A stretch of 64,000 nucleotides of DNA, taken from Desulfatiglandales bacterium. GTDB taxonomy: Bacteria > Desulfobacterota > DSM-4660 > Desulfatiglandales > Desulfatiglandaceae. Where the stretch lies: positions 6,816,001-6,880,000 of the forward strand of contig OY759599.1 in assembly GCA_963662465.1 (NCBI GenBank), in the 5' to 3' direction. Positions 8,285-17,632 of the stretch are shown here, piece by piece. Below the pieces are notes generated by a model. The model was not told the origin of the DNA. It did not search any database and saw nothing but the letters and a program-made list of their open reading frames with translations. The translations under genes were made by a program, and so were the position numbers. Numbering within the stretch: position 1 is the stretch's first letter; each line of letters opens with the position of its first letter.

Positions 8285-10372
8285 ATGAGCATGAGCAATA
8301 AAATCAATGCTGAACATATTAGTCGGGAAGCATGTATATATATCCGTCAGTCAACACCGGGCCAAGTTCTACAGCATCGTGAAAGCCAACTTTTACAATA
8401 TGGCTTGGTAGAAAGGGCAAAAGAATTAGGATGGAACGAGAAAAACATATGGATGATAGATAGTGATTTGGGAATAACTGCATCGGGATGCGTTGACAGA
8501 AAAGGATTCCAGAATCTTCTTTCATCTGTGTGTGAAGGAAGAATAGGGGGTATTTTCTCGATTGAATCATCGAGGTTGGCCCGCAACGGTCGAGAGTGGC
8601 ATACGTTGCTTGAGATCTGTGCACTTAAAAAAACGGTTCTTGTAGATCAAGGAGCTGTTTATGACCTAAACGTGTCAAATGATCGTTTGCTCCTGGGCTT
8701 AAAGGGAGAAATGAGTGCAATGGAATTGAGCCTATTAAAGGAACGTTCTCAGGCGGCAATACAACAAAAAGCGAAGCGGGGAGAATTATATCTTACTGTA
8801 CCGGCAGCCTATATAAAGACCAGGGATAATAAGCTGAAAAAGAATCCTGACAAACGAATTCAAGAAGTCATTGATTTGGTATTCACGAAATTCAAGGAAT
8901 ATGGCGCCCTTCGTCGGGTGTATCATTGGTTTTTAGATAAACAGATTGAGATTGCTGTTGTTTCCAGCGGTAAAGGGGAACGTAGGATAGAGTGGAAACT
9001 ACCGTCTGCTCATACCTTCTCGCATATAGTGAACAACCCAATTTACGCCGGCGCCTACGCCTATGGCCGGACTAAAACAGAGGTAACTTTTGAAAATGGG
9101 CGCAAGCGACTGAGGAAGGGTATTCGTAAGGAACAAAAGGATTGGGACGTTTTAATATTGGATCACCATGAAGGTTACATCACATGGGAAGAGTACCAGT
9201 ATAACATGGAGATACTAACTCAAAATACAAATAAGAAAAGGCCGGTGGTGAGAGGAGCTGTTCGCGGAGGAAAGGCATTGCTTGGAGGTTTGTTAAGATG
9301 CGGTCATTGCGGTAGAAAGTTAATTGTACGATACCAAGGCCGTAATGGAACTCATAAACGTTATGAGTGTAGCCGCAAACGAGGTAACGAGACAGGAAAG
9401 GCGTGTATATCATTTGGTGGATTCCGTGTTGACCGGGCTGTTACGGATTTTCTTTTGAAAGTATTATCACCGATAGGATTAGAAGCTTCTTTAGAGGCGA
9501 TAAAGAAAATCAACCATGAATCGGATTCAGTGAAACGGCAACGGGAACTGGAGTTGGAACAAGCGCGTTATGAAGCTTTACGGGCAAAACGTCAATACAA
9601 TGCAGTGGACCCTGATAATCGTTTGGTAGCATCTACATTGGAGAAGGATTGGAATGACGCTCTTGTTAAGGTAGCAAGATTGGAGAATGAGATTACCGCT
9701 ATGGGGTCGAACACCCCTTCGCTTTCCCCTGAGGAAGAGACCGAGATCAGAGATCTGTCACAAGATTTACCTCGTGTATGGAATGATCCGTGTTGCTCTT
9801 TGGATTTAAAGAAGCGTATAATCCGGACGGTTATCAAAGAGATCGTTGTTTATTTGGAAGAGCAAAAGATCAAATTAATCATTCACTGGGAAGGGGGTGA
9901 GCATACGGAATTGGAGGTACTGAAGAATAAGTCTTCCAGTTACCCATTGAAAACCGATGTTGATACAAAAAAGATAATATCCGATTTGGCTAGAATTATG
10001 CCTGATAAACACATCGTGGCCTTTCTCAACCGTGTGGGTACAAAGACTACAAAGGGATATACCTGGAATCCGGTAAGGTTGCGTTCATTTCGAAATAGGC
10101 ATAATATCCCTGTATATCATGAAGGAGAGAGGCAGCGACGAGAAGAATATACGGTAGCTGAAGCAAGCGAAAGGCTGGGTATTGGCAGCACCAAAGTTTG
10201 GAGACTTATACAACATGAGATTCTACCCGCCAAGCGAGTATGTTCCGGTGCTCCATGGATCATTTCAAAAAAGGACCTTGAATCTGAAGTGATAAAAAAG
10301 GCAGCTCATTCCGGGCTTCCAAAGAGCCCGCTTTCAAGAAACTCAAAACAACAAGTCTTTAATTTTCAATAA
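8285..10372 (+). CDS. Large serine recombinase (resolvase, recombinase, zinc ribbon and C-terminal HTH domains)
   Basis: Catalytic YIRQST, SSRLARN, NPIYAGAY, LLRCGHCG, C-terminal YTVAEASERLG. Confidence 0.93.
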   Translation: MSMSNKINAEHISREACIYIRQSTPGQVLQHRESQLLQYGLVERAKELGWNEKNIWMIDSDLGITASGCVDRKGFQNLLSSVCEGRIGGIFSIESSRLARNGREWHTLLEICALKKTVLVDQGAVYDLNVSNDRLLLGLKGEMSAMELSLLKERSQAAIQQKAKRGELYLTVPAAYIKTRDNKLKKNPDKRIQEVIDLVFTKFKEYGALRRVYHWFLDKQIEIAVVSSGKGERRIEWKLPSAHTFSHIVNNPIYAGAYAYGRTKTEVTFENGRKRLRKGIRKEQKDWDVLILDHHEGYITWEEYQYNMEILTQNTNKKRPVVRGAVRGGKALLGGLLRCGHCGRKLIVRYQGRNGTHKRYECSRKRGNETGKACISFGGFRVDRAVTDFLLKVLSPIGLEASLEAIKKINHESDSVKRQRELELEQARYEALRAKRQYNAVDPDNRLVASTLEKDWNDALVKVARLENEITAMGSNTPSLSPEEETEIRDLSQDLPRVWNDPCCSLDLKKRIIRTVIKEIVVYLEEQKIKLIIHWEGGEHTELEVLKNKSSSYPLKTDVDTKKIISDLARIMPDKHIVAFLNRVGTKTTKGYTWNPVRLRSFRNRHNIPVYHEGERQRREEYTVAEASERLGIGSTKVWRLIQHEILPAKRVCSGAPWIISKKDLESEVIKKAAHSGLPKSPLSRNSKQQVFNFQ

Positions 10373-10396
10373 CGTACGGAGGTGTGTATTATGCCG

Positions 10397-11301
10397 CTAT
10401 TACCCTGGGGGACGTGTTGCAGATAGCGGCTGATAAAGGTTTGAATCGGCAGGGAGATGAGTTCCACCTTCTCACGACCGTAATTGAAGGTCACGTTCCC
10501 GTTTTCAATGCTGTAGATGCGTTTGTTTGAAATTGGCCCGCCTCTCAAGTAACGCGCCAGGTAAATCAACACGCCTTCGCCGTATGAATAGGTCTCTTTG
10601 AGCTTGACGTTCCATTTTTTGCGGCGGCCCAGTTTATTGAAGAGGTTCCGGGCCTGCTGAGGCCCCATACCCTCGGGCAGAACCAGTTCGTTCCGATCCA
10701 GGGCTTTTCTCAAATAGTAGAGGTTCTTGCCTCGAAATACCGCCCGGACGATGCCAAAGGGCAAAAGGAATTTTTTTGATGAAGCGATCCACTCGCCGGC
10801 GATCAGCCCACCGGCCGTTACCAGACAATGCAGATGCGGATGAAAGTCCAGTTTTCGGCTCCAGGTATGCAGTGAGGCGATGATGCCGACTTTGCCCCCC
10901 AAATGCTTCGGATCTCCAAGGAGTTCGGAAAGGGTTTCAGTGGCGCTTTTGAACAGCAGATTGCCCATAAGCTTGCGGTTCAACCGCCATAAGTCGTGCA
11001 ATTCATCGGAGATGGTGAAAATAACATAGAAATGTTCGGTGTTTAAGATGCGAGCCTTTTGTTTTGCCAGCCAACGTTCCACCTGGGTAAAAGCGCAGAG
11101 GGGGCACATACGATGTTTACACGAGTTGTACCAGTGCCTTTTGAAGTGACCGTCCGGGCACGCCTGCACGTGACCCCCCAGAGCAGATGTGCGGCAACTC
11201 ATCAGACGGTGTGCCGCTTCACGAATATGTTCCGGAAGAAGATGGGTCTGATCATAGAGGGCATAGCCTATAAGAAAGATGCTCTGAATCGTCGCTTCCA
11301 C
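10397..11301 (-). pseudogene. IS91-family (HUH/Y2) transposase, 3' truncated by the recombinase element
   Basis: Zinc-binding CRTSALGGH...SCKHRMCPLC, LHTW...HPHLH, YLARY; breaks after YLQHVPQGNS. Confidence 0.88.
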
Positions 11302-11361
11302 TGAAACCTCCTTTATTTACTGGGAGTTACGACGTTAGTTCCCCCGCTGTCCAGCGGGTCT

Positions 11362-11422
11362 GTCCAACGGGCTCTTCAGCGGGCGCGGCTTTTTGCGATC
11401 CGCTGAAAGAGCTTGGTTATGC
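11362..11422 (-). other. attC site 8 (61 bp)
   Basis: R'' GCATAAC, paired L boxes, R' GTTGGAC; R'' complements the cassette core GTTATGC at 12051-12057. Confidence 0.88.
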
Positions 11423-11461
11423 CCGTTTTGCCTCATGCCTTGCTTTGGATGTTTGGTGTTA

Positions 11462-11713
11462 TTATGTCGGTTCAGACTGAACCATCTGCATTTCCTCAGT
11501 CAACGTTTCTGGCGATATATCTTGTTCATTGGGCCAAGTCACAGCACCAAATAGAACTCCAACCTGATTAAAATAATTTATATTCTTAAGTTCTCTGAAC
11601 ATTCCTCTTTCCAGATAGGGGCTCATGTCAAAAATTCCTTTTCGCCCATCTTCCGTCTCGACATAAATTTTATAGCCAGGTTTCGGCTTCACGATTTTTA
11701 CATCCCAGTGCAT
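11462..11713 (-). CDS. DUF2442-family antitoxin-like protein (cassette 8)
   Basis: YKIYVETEDG...FDMSPYL...VTWPNEQDISPETL. Confidence 0.85.
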   Translation of the reverse strand: MHWDVKIVKPKPGYKIYVETEDGRKGIFDMSPYLERGMFRELKNINYFNQVGVLFGAVTWPNEQDISPETLTEEMQMVQSEPT

Positions 11714-11722
11714 GGAATCACC

Positions 11723-11989
11723 TCATAGTGGCTTGATTTTATAAGGATTCTCGCCCAATGTGGCAATCTCCCAGTTGGCCAAAAGCTCATCCCGGTGAAG
11801 CTCTATCCAGGCCTGAACCAGTCTCAACTGTTTCCTGGGTAGCCTTCCGGCAAGTATCTCTCCCTCGTCAATGCCGATTGATGCCTCAAATTCGGCATAC
11901 TTTGCATGGATATGCGGCAAATTATGATGCTTGTTATCAAGCAGATACATACGGATTATTATTCCGTAAAACATCGAAATTATTGGCAT
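11723..11989 (-). CDS. DUF4160-family toxin-like protein (cassette 8)
   Basis: MPIISMFYGIIIRMY...HNLPHIHAKY...WIELHRDELLANW. Confidence 0.88.
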   Translation of the reverse strand: MPIISMFYGIIIRMYLLDNKHHNLPHIHAKYAEFEASIGIDEGEILAGRLPRKQLRLVQAWIELHRDELLANWEIATLGENPYKIKPL

Positions 11990-12050
11990 ATAATGTCCTC
12001 ATGTTATGTTTTTTCTGGTTATTTTATAATTTCTCCGGCAATTTATAAAG

Positions 12051-12098
12051 GCATAACTTTTAATTCAGCGACTATGTTCGCTGCAATGGTTGTTGAAT
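12051..12098 (-). other. attC site 7, unusually short (48 bp)
   Basis: Minus strand ATTCAAC-aacca-TTGCAGCG-aacatagt-CGCTGAA-ttaaaa-GTTATGC; R'' complements the core GTTGAAT at 12249-12255. Confidence 0.75.
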
Positions 12099-12131
12099 TG
12101 CCCGGGTAAGTGGGGTGTATAATTCACCTTA

Positions 12132-12207
12132 CTGCCGCTGAAGCGTTGCTTTTTCAATGTCTACATAACGCAGTTATGCAGCTGAAAAAGCAACGCTTCA
12201 GCGGTAG
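12132..12207. repeat. Long hairpin forming the cargo of gene-less cassette 7
   Basis: 22-bp perfect arms CCGCTGAAGCGTTGCTTTTTCA / TGAAAAAGCAACGCTTCAGCGG with inner stem CATAAC-gca-GTTATG. Confidence 0.9.
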
Positions 12208-12248
12208 CATAAAATCGGATAATTGTACAGCCCGCTCCCGGATGTCAC

Positions 12249-12340
12249 ATTCAACGTTTGAACTCAGCGGCTGGCCACCCAAACTTTCCGCGATTAGCGC
12301 CGCCGCGCCTCTTCCAGTCCGCTGAAGTGATTTGTTAGCG
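12249..12340 (-). other. attC site 6 (92 bp)
   Basis: R'' CGCTAAC, L boxes TTCAGCGG / CCGCTGAG, R' GTTGAAT. Confidence 0.85.
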
Positions 12341-12607
12341 CCACATTTGCTCTGAGCTCTAAATCTCTATGACTGTTTGGTACGATTGGTAAAATCATCA
12401 AATATGAGCTCTGCTCACGTTAGTTTCTTTTCTTACCAACTTGATCCTAAATCACAGCCAACAGACTGGGCTGCTGAACTCATCGGTTCCTCCTCTATGA
12501 TCATTTTTGGAACCTATAATATCATGCTCAAAAAGCTAAATCACGCAGGCTTGCCGAAGGAACACAAAATAACATAAAAACAAAAGATAAGAATCTGATA
12601 GAATTTC

Positions 12608-13048
12608 CTATATCCGCTTGGAACGATAATGAATCAACCTCCACCCGTAATAACCACCACGAACAAAGACAAAAATACTTTCCCATTTTTGACCGCCAGG
12701 TCTTTCAATTACCTTTACTTCACCCACGCAACCATCATCATTTATAGAAATAAAGTCATACTTTATGATCATGCCAGCCCAAGTATTAGCAATCAACTTA
12801 TGCATACTATCATAATCCCTATATCTTCCTTCATCCATTGCGGTTACATGTTTGTGCAATATTGCATCAGCAAGGCGATCACCATCTTGCTGTGAATACT
12901 TGCCACCAAACTTCATGACAATATTGCTCAATTGCGTTGAATCTTGAGCATATGCATCGGATACGCATATCAACAAAATTGCCGCAATGGAGCAGAAAAT
13001 CACTGGAAAGATAAAAATTACATTGGTCAAAATTCTTTCATTTTTCAT
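12608..13048 (-). CDS. Hypothetical exported protein (cassette 6)
   Basis: AGGAGGT ribosome-binding site; hydrophobic N-terminus ending AYA; lies between attC sites. Confidence 0.65.
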   Translation of the reverse strand: MKNERILTNVIFIFPVIFCSIAAILLICVSDAYAQDSTQLSNIVMKFGGKYSQQDGDRLADAILHKHVTAMDEGRYRDYDSMHKLIANTWAGMIIKYDFISINDDGCVGEVKVIERPGGQKWESIFVFVRGGYYGWRLIHYRSKRI

Positions 13049-13272
13049 ATAAAATACCTCCTGATTAAGATTTACCATGCTATGAATCTATCATCGATTC
13101 AAAAAAGCTGCATAATAGATATTCACGGAAATAAATTTTTTTCTCTAAAATGCCATTTCCACAGAAGCTGAAACCCAGTGTTTTCATGCATTCCGGACAT
13201 CAGCTTTCGTGGATATAGTGCAAATTTTTTATTTCCGATAATGTATAATATAGTAATCATTGCCCTCCGTCT

Positions 13273-13399
13273 TACTAACGTTTGGGTAACGGGCAGCAAG
13301 GGTTTCCAAAAAAATTACTCAAAAGCACATCATTTAAAAATTTTTCAAATTCTTTTAAAAAAGCAGACCCTTGCTGTCCGGTTCACCTGCTGGTTATGT
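13273..13399 (-). other. attC site 5 (127 bp)
   Basis: R'' ACATAAC directly after the stop codon, stem CAGCAAGGGT / ACCCTTGCTG, R' GTTAGTA; R'' complements the core at 13757-13763. Confidence 0.85.
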
Positions 13400-13722
13400 T
13401 AAATACGAATTGCTTTGAATCCAGATTCTTCGCCTTGATGAAAATAAATATTACCTACTAAATCATCATTTTGTATGGTTGCAGAACCTCTACCAAAAGC
13501 TGGGTCCATTTCATCATTACCTTCCCAAGAGAACTCAATTGTATCGTCTTTTTTGAGTTTCGAAGGTCGATAATCTATATAACCATGAACATAGCCAAAC
13601 TGAAATTCACCTATGCCCTTTTTGCCAAATTTAATGAAACCTTTGACCTCAGCATCTATAAAGTCTTGATCCCATTGATCCATTTCTACAATTCGCCATC
13701 TTCCAATAAATTTTTTACTCAT
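13399..13722 (-). CDS. Hypothetical beta-rich protein (cassette 5)
   Basis: MSKKFIGRWRIVEMDQWD...FSWEGNDEMD...GRG; fills the cassette. Confidence 0.75.
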   Translation of the reverse strand: MSKKFIGRWRIVEMDQWDQDFIDAEVKGFIKFGKKGIGEFQFGYVHGYIDYRPSKLKKDDTIEFSWEGNDEMDPAFGRGSATIQNDDLVGNIYFHQGEESGFKAIRI

Positions 13723-13756
13723 AAATATTTCATTTTTTTTTAAATGGTTGATCAAA

Positions 13757-13873
13757 ACATAACGCCTGTAACCAGGCGCTGCACTAAATTTGGATTAAAG
13801 GTAATGTTATCAAAACCGCAAATCTTGGGTTCATCAGCGGCCTATTCCGCTCTGGTTGATATAAATATTATGC
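13757..13873 (-). other. attC site 4, degenerate
   Basis: R' GTTATGT intact; likely R'' reads GCATAAT (AAC changed to AAT), otherwise complementing the core GTTATGC at 16173-16179; weak stem. Confidence 0.5.
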
Positions 13874-13899
13874 AATTTGCACTAATGTCCCACTTTCTT

Positions 13900-15697
13900 C
13901 AGCAATTCCCGCTTAGATTCTAAAGGCGCTAGGACAGTACCTTTTGGCATTTCCTTTTCGTAAAGCTTTACGTTGAATGAATAGCCTGAAAAGGCTTTTT
14001 TCTCCAATTTTTAAAATAAAACAGGAATTTTTTTGGCAATTCTCAGAAAAAGCTGGACTTTCAGATCAACTTGGCCGATGATTACTGCCTATGGGAATCA
14101 GAAGCCAAAAAGGAAGAAAAGAGAGAGGCAAGATTGGAGTTCGCAAGCATCTTAATGCAGATGCAATTTTCAAGCGTCTGCATAAAGATTTTTCTGAAGT
14201 CTCTGACTGCCGTGAGGATCCCGATATTACTATTGCGGATGCCTTGATGTCCGGGTTTGCAATGTTTTCGCTCAAGGAGCCATCGTTGCTTGCCTTTGAT
14301 GAAAGAAGAAAAACCGATAGTAATCTTGGGAACATATACCATATTGGAAAGATCCCATGTGACAGTACGATGCGCACCATTCTTGATGAAGTGCTCGCAG
14401 AAGAACTTCGGAAACCGTATAGGAATATCTTCTGGGAACTGCAAAGGGGAAAGGTGCTTGAACGTATGGTATTTTTCGAAGGTTGTTATCTTCTATCTTT
14501 GGATGGAACGGGTTTCTTCTCATCGAAGAAACTTTCCTCTGATAGTTGTTTGGTAAAAGTATCGAAAAAAACCGGCGAAAAAACCTATTATCAGCAGATG
14601 TTGGGGGCAGCAATTGTCCATCCGGATTTCAAAGAGGTCATTCCGCTTGCTCCGGAATTCATAGTCAAGCAGGATGGCCAAAGCAAGAACGACTGTGAGC
14701 GTAATGCCGCGAAACGTTTCTTGCAAAAGCTAAAAGAGGAGCATCCCCATCTGCCTATCATTATAACAGAGGACGCGTTAAGTTCGAATGCACCCCACAT
14801 TGAAGAAATACAAAAGCAAAATTTTCATTATATTCTGGGAGTTAAAAAAGGAGATCACCATTTCTTGTTTAATCACGTCGAACAAGCGCGGATAAATGGT
14901 GACGTCACTGAATTCGAATTGGTCGATAAAGAGGATCCGGAAAAAATACATCGTTTCCGATTTATTAACCAGGTACCTCTCAATGCCTCTAACAAGAATA
15001 TGCTGGTTAACTTTCTGGAATATTGGGAAATTACACCGAAAAAAACAAAACATTTTAGTTGGGTGACAGATTTTTTAATAGGAAAGGACAATGCATACCA
15101 GCTAATGCGAGGCGGCCGTGCGAGATGGAAGATCGAAAATGAAACCTTCAATACTCTTAAGAACCAAGGATATCATTTTGAACACAACTACGGGCTCGGC
15201 AAGAAGAATCTGAGTGTTGTTTTTGCGATGCTCATGATGCTGGCATTCTTGGTGGATCAAACTCAACAGCTTTGTTGCCCTCTATTTATAGCCGCATGGC
15301 ATAAACTCGGCTCAAAAAGGGAATTGTGGGAACGGATGAGAGCTTTGTTTAGAGATTTTGAATTCAAATCGATGAGGATGCTCTATGAAGCCCTCTATTA
15401 TGGCGTAAAGTTTCAAGCGCCAGTTATTCTATATAACAGTGGTTAAATTTGTCATGCCCAAGTTCGCATACAAAAATGCTCTCATTAATAAAAAACTGGA
15501 GATTCCGGAAATGGATATCTCTGCCCTAACTCGTGCTTTTATGCTCTTACTCTTGTCAAAGAAGCTCAACCTGCAAGAAATCGAGGGAGGTAATAGTGGA
15601 TTTAATACAATTTTTCTGAAAAGGATCTGATCTCAGGGTTTGTTTTTGAAATATGTTTTTCAAACTCTGTGAGTAAATTCTTGACCGGGAATTGCTG
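13900..15697 (+). mobile_element. 1798-bp DDE insertion sequence copy 1 (IS4-like, possibly ISNCY ISDol1-like)
   Basis: 12-bp inverted repeats CAGCAATTCCCG; 9-bp target duplication CACTTTCTT at 13891-13899 and 15698-15706. Confidence 0.93.
14091..15446 (+). CDS. DDE transposase, 451 aa
   Basis: SLDGTG, TEDALS, RARWKIENETFNTLK. Confidence 0.93.
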   Translation: MGIRSQKGRKERGKIGVRKHLNADAIFKRLHKDFSEVSDCREDPDITIADALMSGFAMFSLKEPSLLAFDERRKTDSNLGNIYHIGKIPCDSTMRTILDEVLAEELRKPYRNIFWELQRGKVLERMVFFEGCYLLSLDGTGFFSSKKLSSDSCLVKVSKKTGEKTYYQQMLGAAIVHPDFKEVIPLAPEFIVKQDGQSKNDCERNAAKRFLQKLKEEHPHLPIIITEDALSSNAPHIEEIQKQNFHYILGVKKGDHHFLFNHVEQARINGDVTEFELVDKEDPEKIHRFRFINQVPLNASNKNMLVNFLEYWEITPKKTKHFSWVTDFLIGKDNAYQLMRGGRARWKIENETFNTLKNQGYHFEHNYGLGKKNLSVVFAMLMMLAFLVDQTQQLCCPLFIAAWHKLGSKRELWERMRALFRDFEFKSMRMLYEALYYGVKFQAPVILYNSG

Positions 15698-15705
15698 CAC
15701 TTTCT

Positions 15706-16131
15706 TTATTCATTATACAGGTGAAATTCTGGATCCTCTCCAATTTTTTTTACAATTATAGGGTATTCTACATTTGATTTAGCTTCTATTCGTTTTCTGC
15801 TTTTTTTTATTTGAAATATCCATTCATCGCCAAAGTCATATAAGAAATAGAACTTTAAATTACCAAGTGGAAAAATAGAGTTCAATGAAGAATTATATGA
15901 TCTACATTTATAACCATAAAACTCGTCCTTATTTCCAAATAATATTTTTTTATTTCTTGGCGTTCTTCCCAGGTAGAACATATGTGCGTGATCAAAACCA
16001 AAACCATTTGCTTCTCTTATTATATCAAAAAGATCGTGCAATTGAGCGTTTTCGTCTATGTCTATTATACGTACAGTTTCATGATCATAATGCCACCCTT
16101 CTAAGCATTCTACCGTCAATCTAAAAATCAT
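15706..16131 (-). CDS. pRiA4b ORF-3-like protein (cassette 4)
   Basis: RIIDI...LHDLFDII...DHAHMF...FLYDFGDEW. Confidence 0.75.
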   Translation of the reverse strand: MIFRLTVECLEGWHYDHETVRIIDIDENAQLHDLFDIIREANGFGFDHAHMFYLGRTPRNKKILFGNKDEFYGYKCRSYNSSLNSIFPLGNLKFYFLYDFGDEWIFQIKKSRKRIEAKSNVEYPIIVKKIGEDPEFHLYNE

Positions 16132-16172
16132 TTTTAATCATTCCTATGTCTGAAATGAGGATTAGTTTACGT

Positions 16173-16452
16173 GCATAACGGGCCGGGCTGTTAAGCCGCG
16201 AGACTCGGAGGCCTTGAAAGGAAATGGTTTTTTATTTCTTTTCAAGGCTGAGAATCGCAGTCGGCTTCAACGCCGTGGATGGGTGGAGCGCGCAGCGCGG
16301 AACCTGTCCACGGTGTTGATCAGCCCGGCCCGATGGGGTGGAGCGCGGAGCGGTCCACCCCATCGCTAAGCTCACCGGCGCAAGGGCAAAATCAAGGCGT
16401 TGGGAGTTTAAAAGACGGAGCCCTTGCGTCCGAGTTCAGCGCCGGGTTATAA
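16173..16452 (-). other. attC site 3, interrupted by a 185-bp structured insert (16180-16364)
   Basis: R'' TTATAAC (16446-16452); without the insert the plus strand reads GCATAAC-GCTAAGCTCACC, like attC1 and attC2. Confidence 0.75.
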
Positions 16453-16520
16453 TGCGTTCTTCCACTATTTAAAATCATAACAAACTGAATTATAATTGAA
16501 ATAACAATAATATAACAGCA

Positions 16521-16606
16521 TTATAACGACAAGCTCACCAGCGCCTCCACCGGTCCCCGCTGGAACCGCCGGACTATCAGGCGTCTGGCGCAGCGTTTGG
16601 TTGGGT
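16521..16606 (-). other. attC site 2 (86 bp)
   Basis: R'' ACCCAAC complements the core GTTGGGT at 24005-24011; R' GTTATAA. Confidence 0.88.
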
Positions 16607-16775
16607 GTTGGTGCTCCATACTGAGGTTGATTGTTTCATCATATGGCCCAATAATACAGTTTTAAATAATGCAGCTGTTCTCACACGCTACCATCCGAAT
16701 GTTTACGAGGCAAGGGCTGGAATATAAGAATCGGTTCCCATAGAAACCTATGGGAACCTAAAAGGAATATCTATT

Positions 16776-17231
16776 TTATTTTTCTTTGGTCAGCGTAGTG
16801 TCCCACCTTATATTATCGGTAGGCAGTCCAGTACTTATGTCTATCACCGTTCCACTGTTAAGAATTTCTGCATCACTTGCAATAAAACCAGCACGCGTAT
16901 TGAACTTAATTTCTGCTATATCGGCCCCTTTTAAGGTTCCTCGAATCATATCATAGTTATCGACCGGGTAGCTCCCGCTCTGTAGACTGCCCACAATGAG
17001 ATTCCCTTCTTGAGTTATAGCAATGGTTCCATCAAAAGTTTTTCCACATGAGCTCTTAGTAGCAGCGCGCCAGTTACCGGATAGGTTATAGACCAATTCT
17101 CCGTTTGCAAGTTTTACGGTATTTGGCATATCAGCATTTAGTGCTGTGGATTTTGCATCATCCCGCATAGCGGAATTGCAGCCAACAACAAATAATAAAA
17201 TGAAGAAACCCATGACTATCCATCTTTTCAT
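16776..17231 (-). CDS. Hypothetical lipoprotein (cassette 2)
   Basis: MKRWIVMGFFILLFVVGC lipobox; AAGGAG ribosome-binding site. Confidence 0.75.
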   Translation of the reverse strand: MKRWIVMGFFILLFVVGCNSAMRDDAKSTALNADMPNTVKLANGELVYNLSGNWRAATKSSCGKTFDGTIAITQEGNLIVGSLQSGSYPVDNYDMIRGTLKGADIAEIKFNTRAGFIASDAEILNSGTVIDISTGLPTDNIRWDTTLTKEK

Positions 17232-17520
17232 TTTTAATATTCTCCTTTCACTTGAAACTGGGATTGAAAACTTCAACGCTAATCAAAACTGAACCAAGTT
17301 TGCTAATGGAAATTGAACCATTGGCTGTCACCGCCGGTGAGTACGGCCCTCAGGTATAGCGGACGATGAGGGATCCATAAGTGGCGGCAAAGGAGTCGTT
17401 GATGTAGATTTACTTTTCAATAAATTTTTATAAAATCTATTTTCTTTGGATTTGGTTTTCTTCTTCCAAGACAGAGGCTTGGTTAAGTGGAAATGCGATT
17501 TACTTTGTAGAATGGATGGT

Positions 17521-17557
17521 GAAGGCCCGAAGTAGCCGCTTCGGGCCTTCTTTTTTG
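17521..17557 (+). terminator. Intrinsic terminator-like hairpin near the left end of element C
   Basis: GAAGGCCCGAAG-tagccg-CTTCGGGCCTTC followed by a T-run. Confidence 0.65.
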
Positions 17558-17632
17558 ACCACCGGATAGAGCCGGAAGCCACACACACGCCAATTTTATA
17601 TAAGTGTGTTTCCGGCCAATTGCAAGGCCGGA

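Larger units (their letters stand above)
7247..10396 (+). mobile_element. Large serine recombinase element (two small ORFs plus recombinase); boundaries approximate
   Basis: Short inverted ends TATAATGC (7251) / GTATTATG (10386); abuts a truncated intron on the left and a truncated IS91-like gene on the right. Confidence 0.65.

Noticed and set aside
12110..12325. 71-aa ORF across the hairpin cassette
   Set aside because: Opposite to array orientation, runs through attC6, and is explained by the palindrome
15439..15630. 63-aa ORF in both copies of the 1798-bp IS
   Set aside because: Repeated only because the IS is duplicated; no coding evidence
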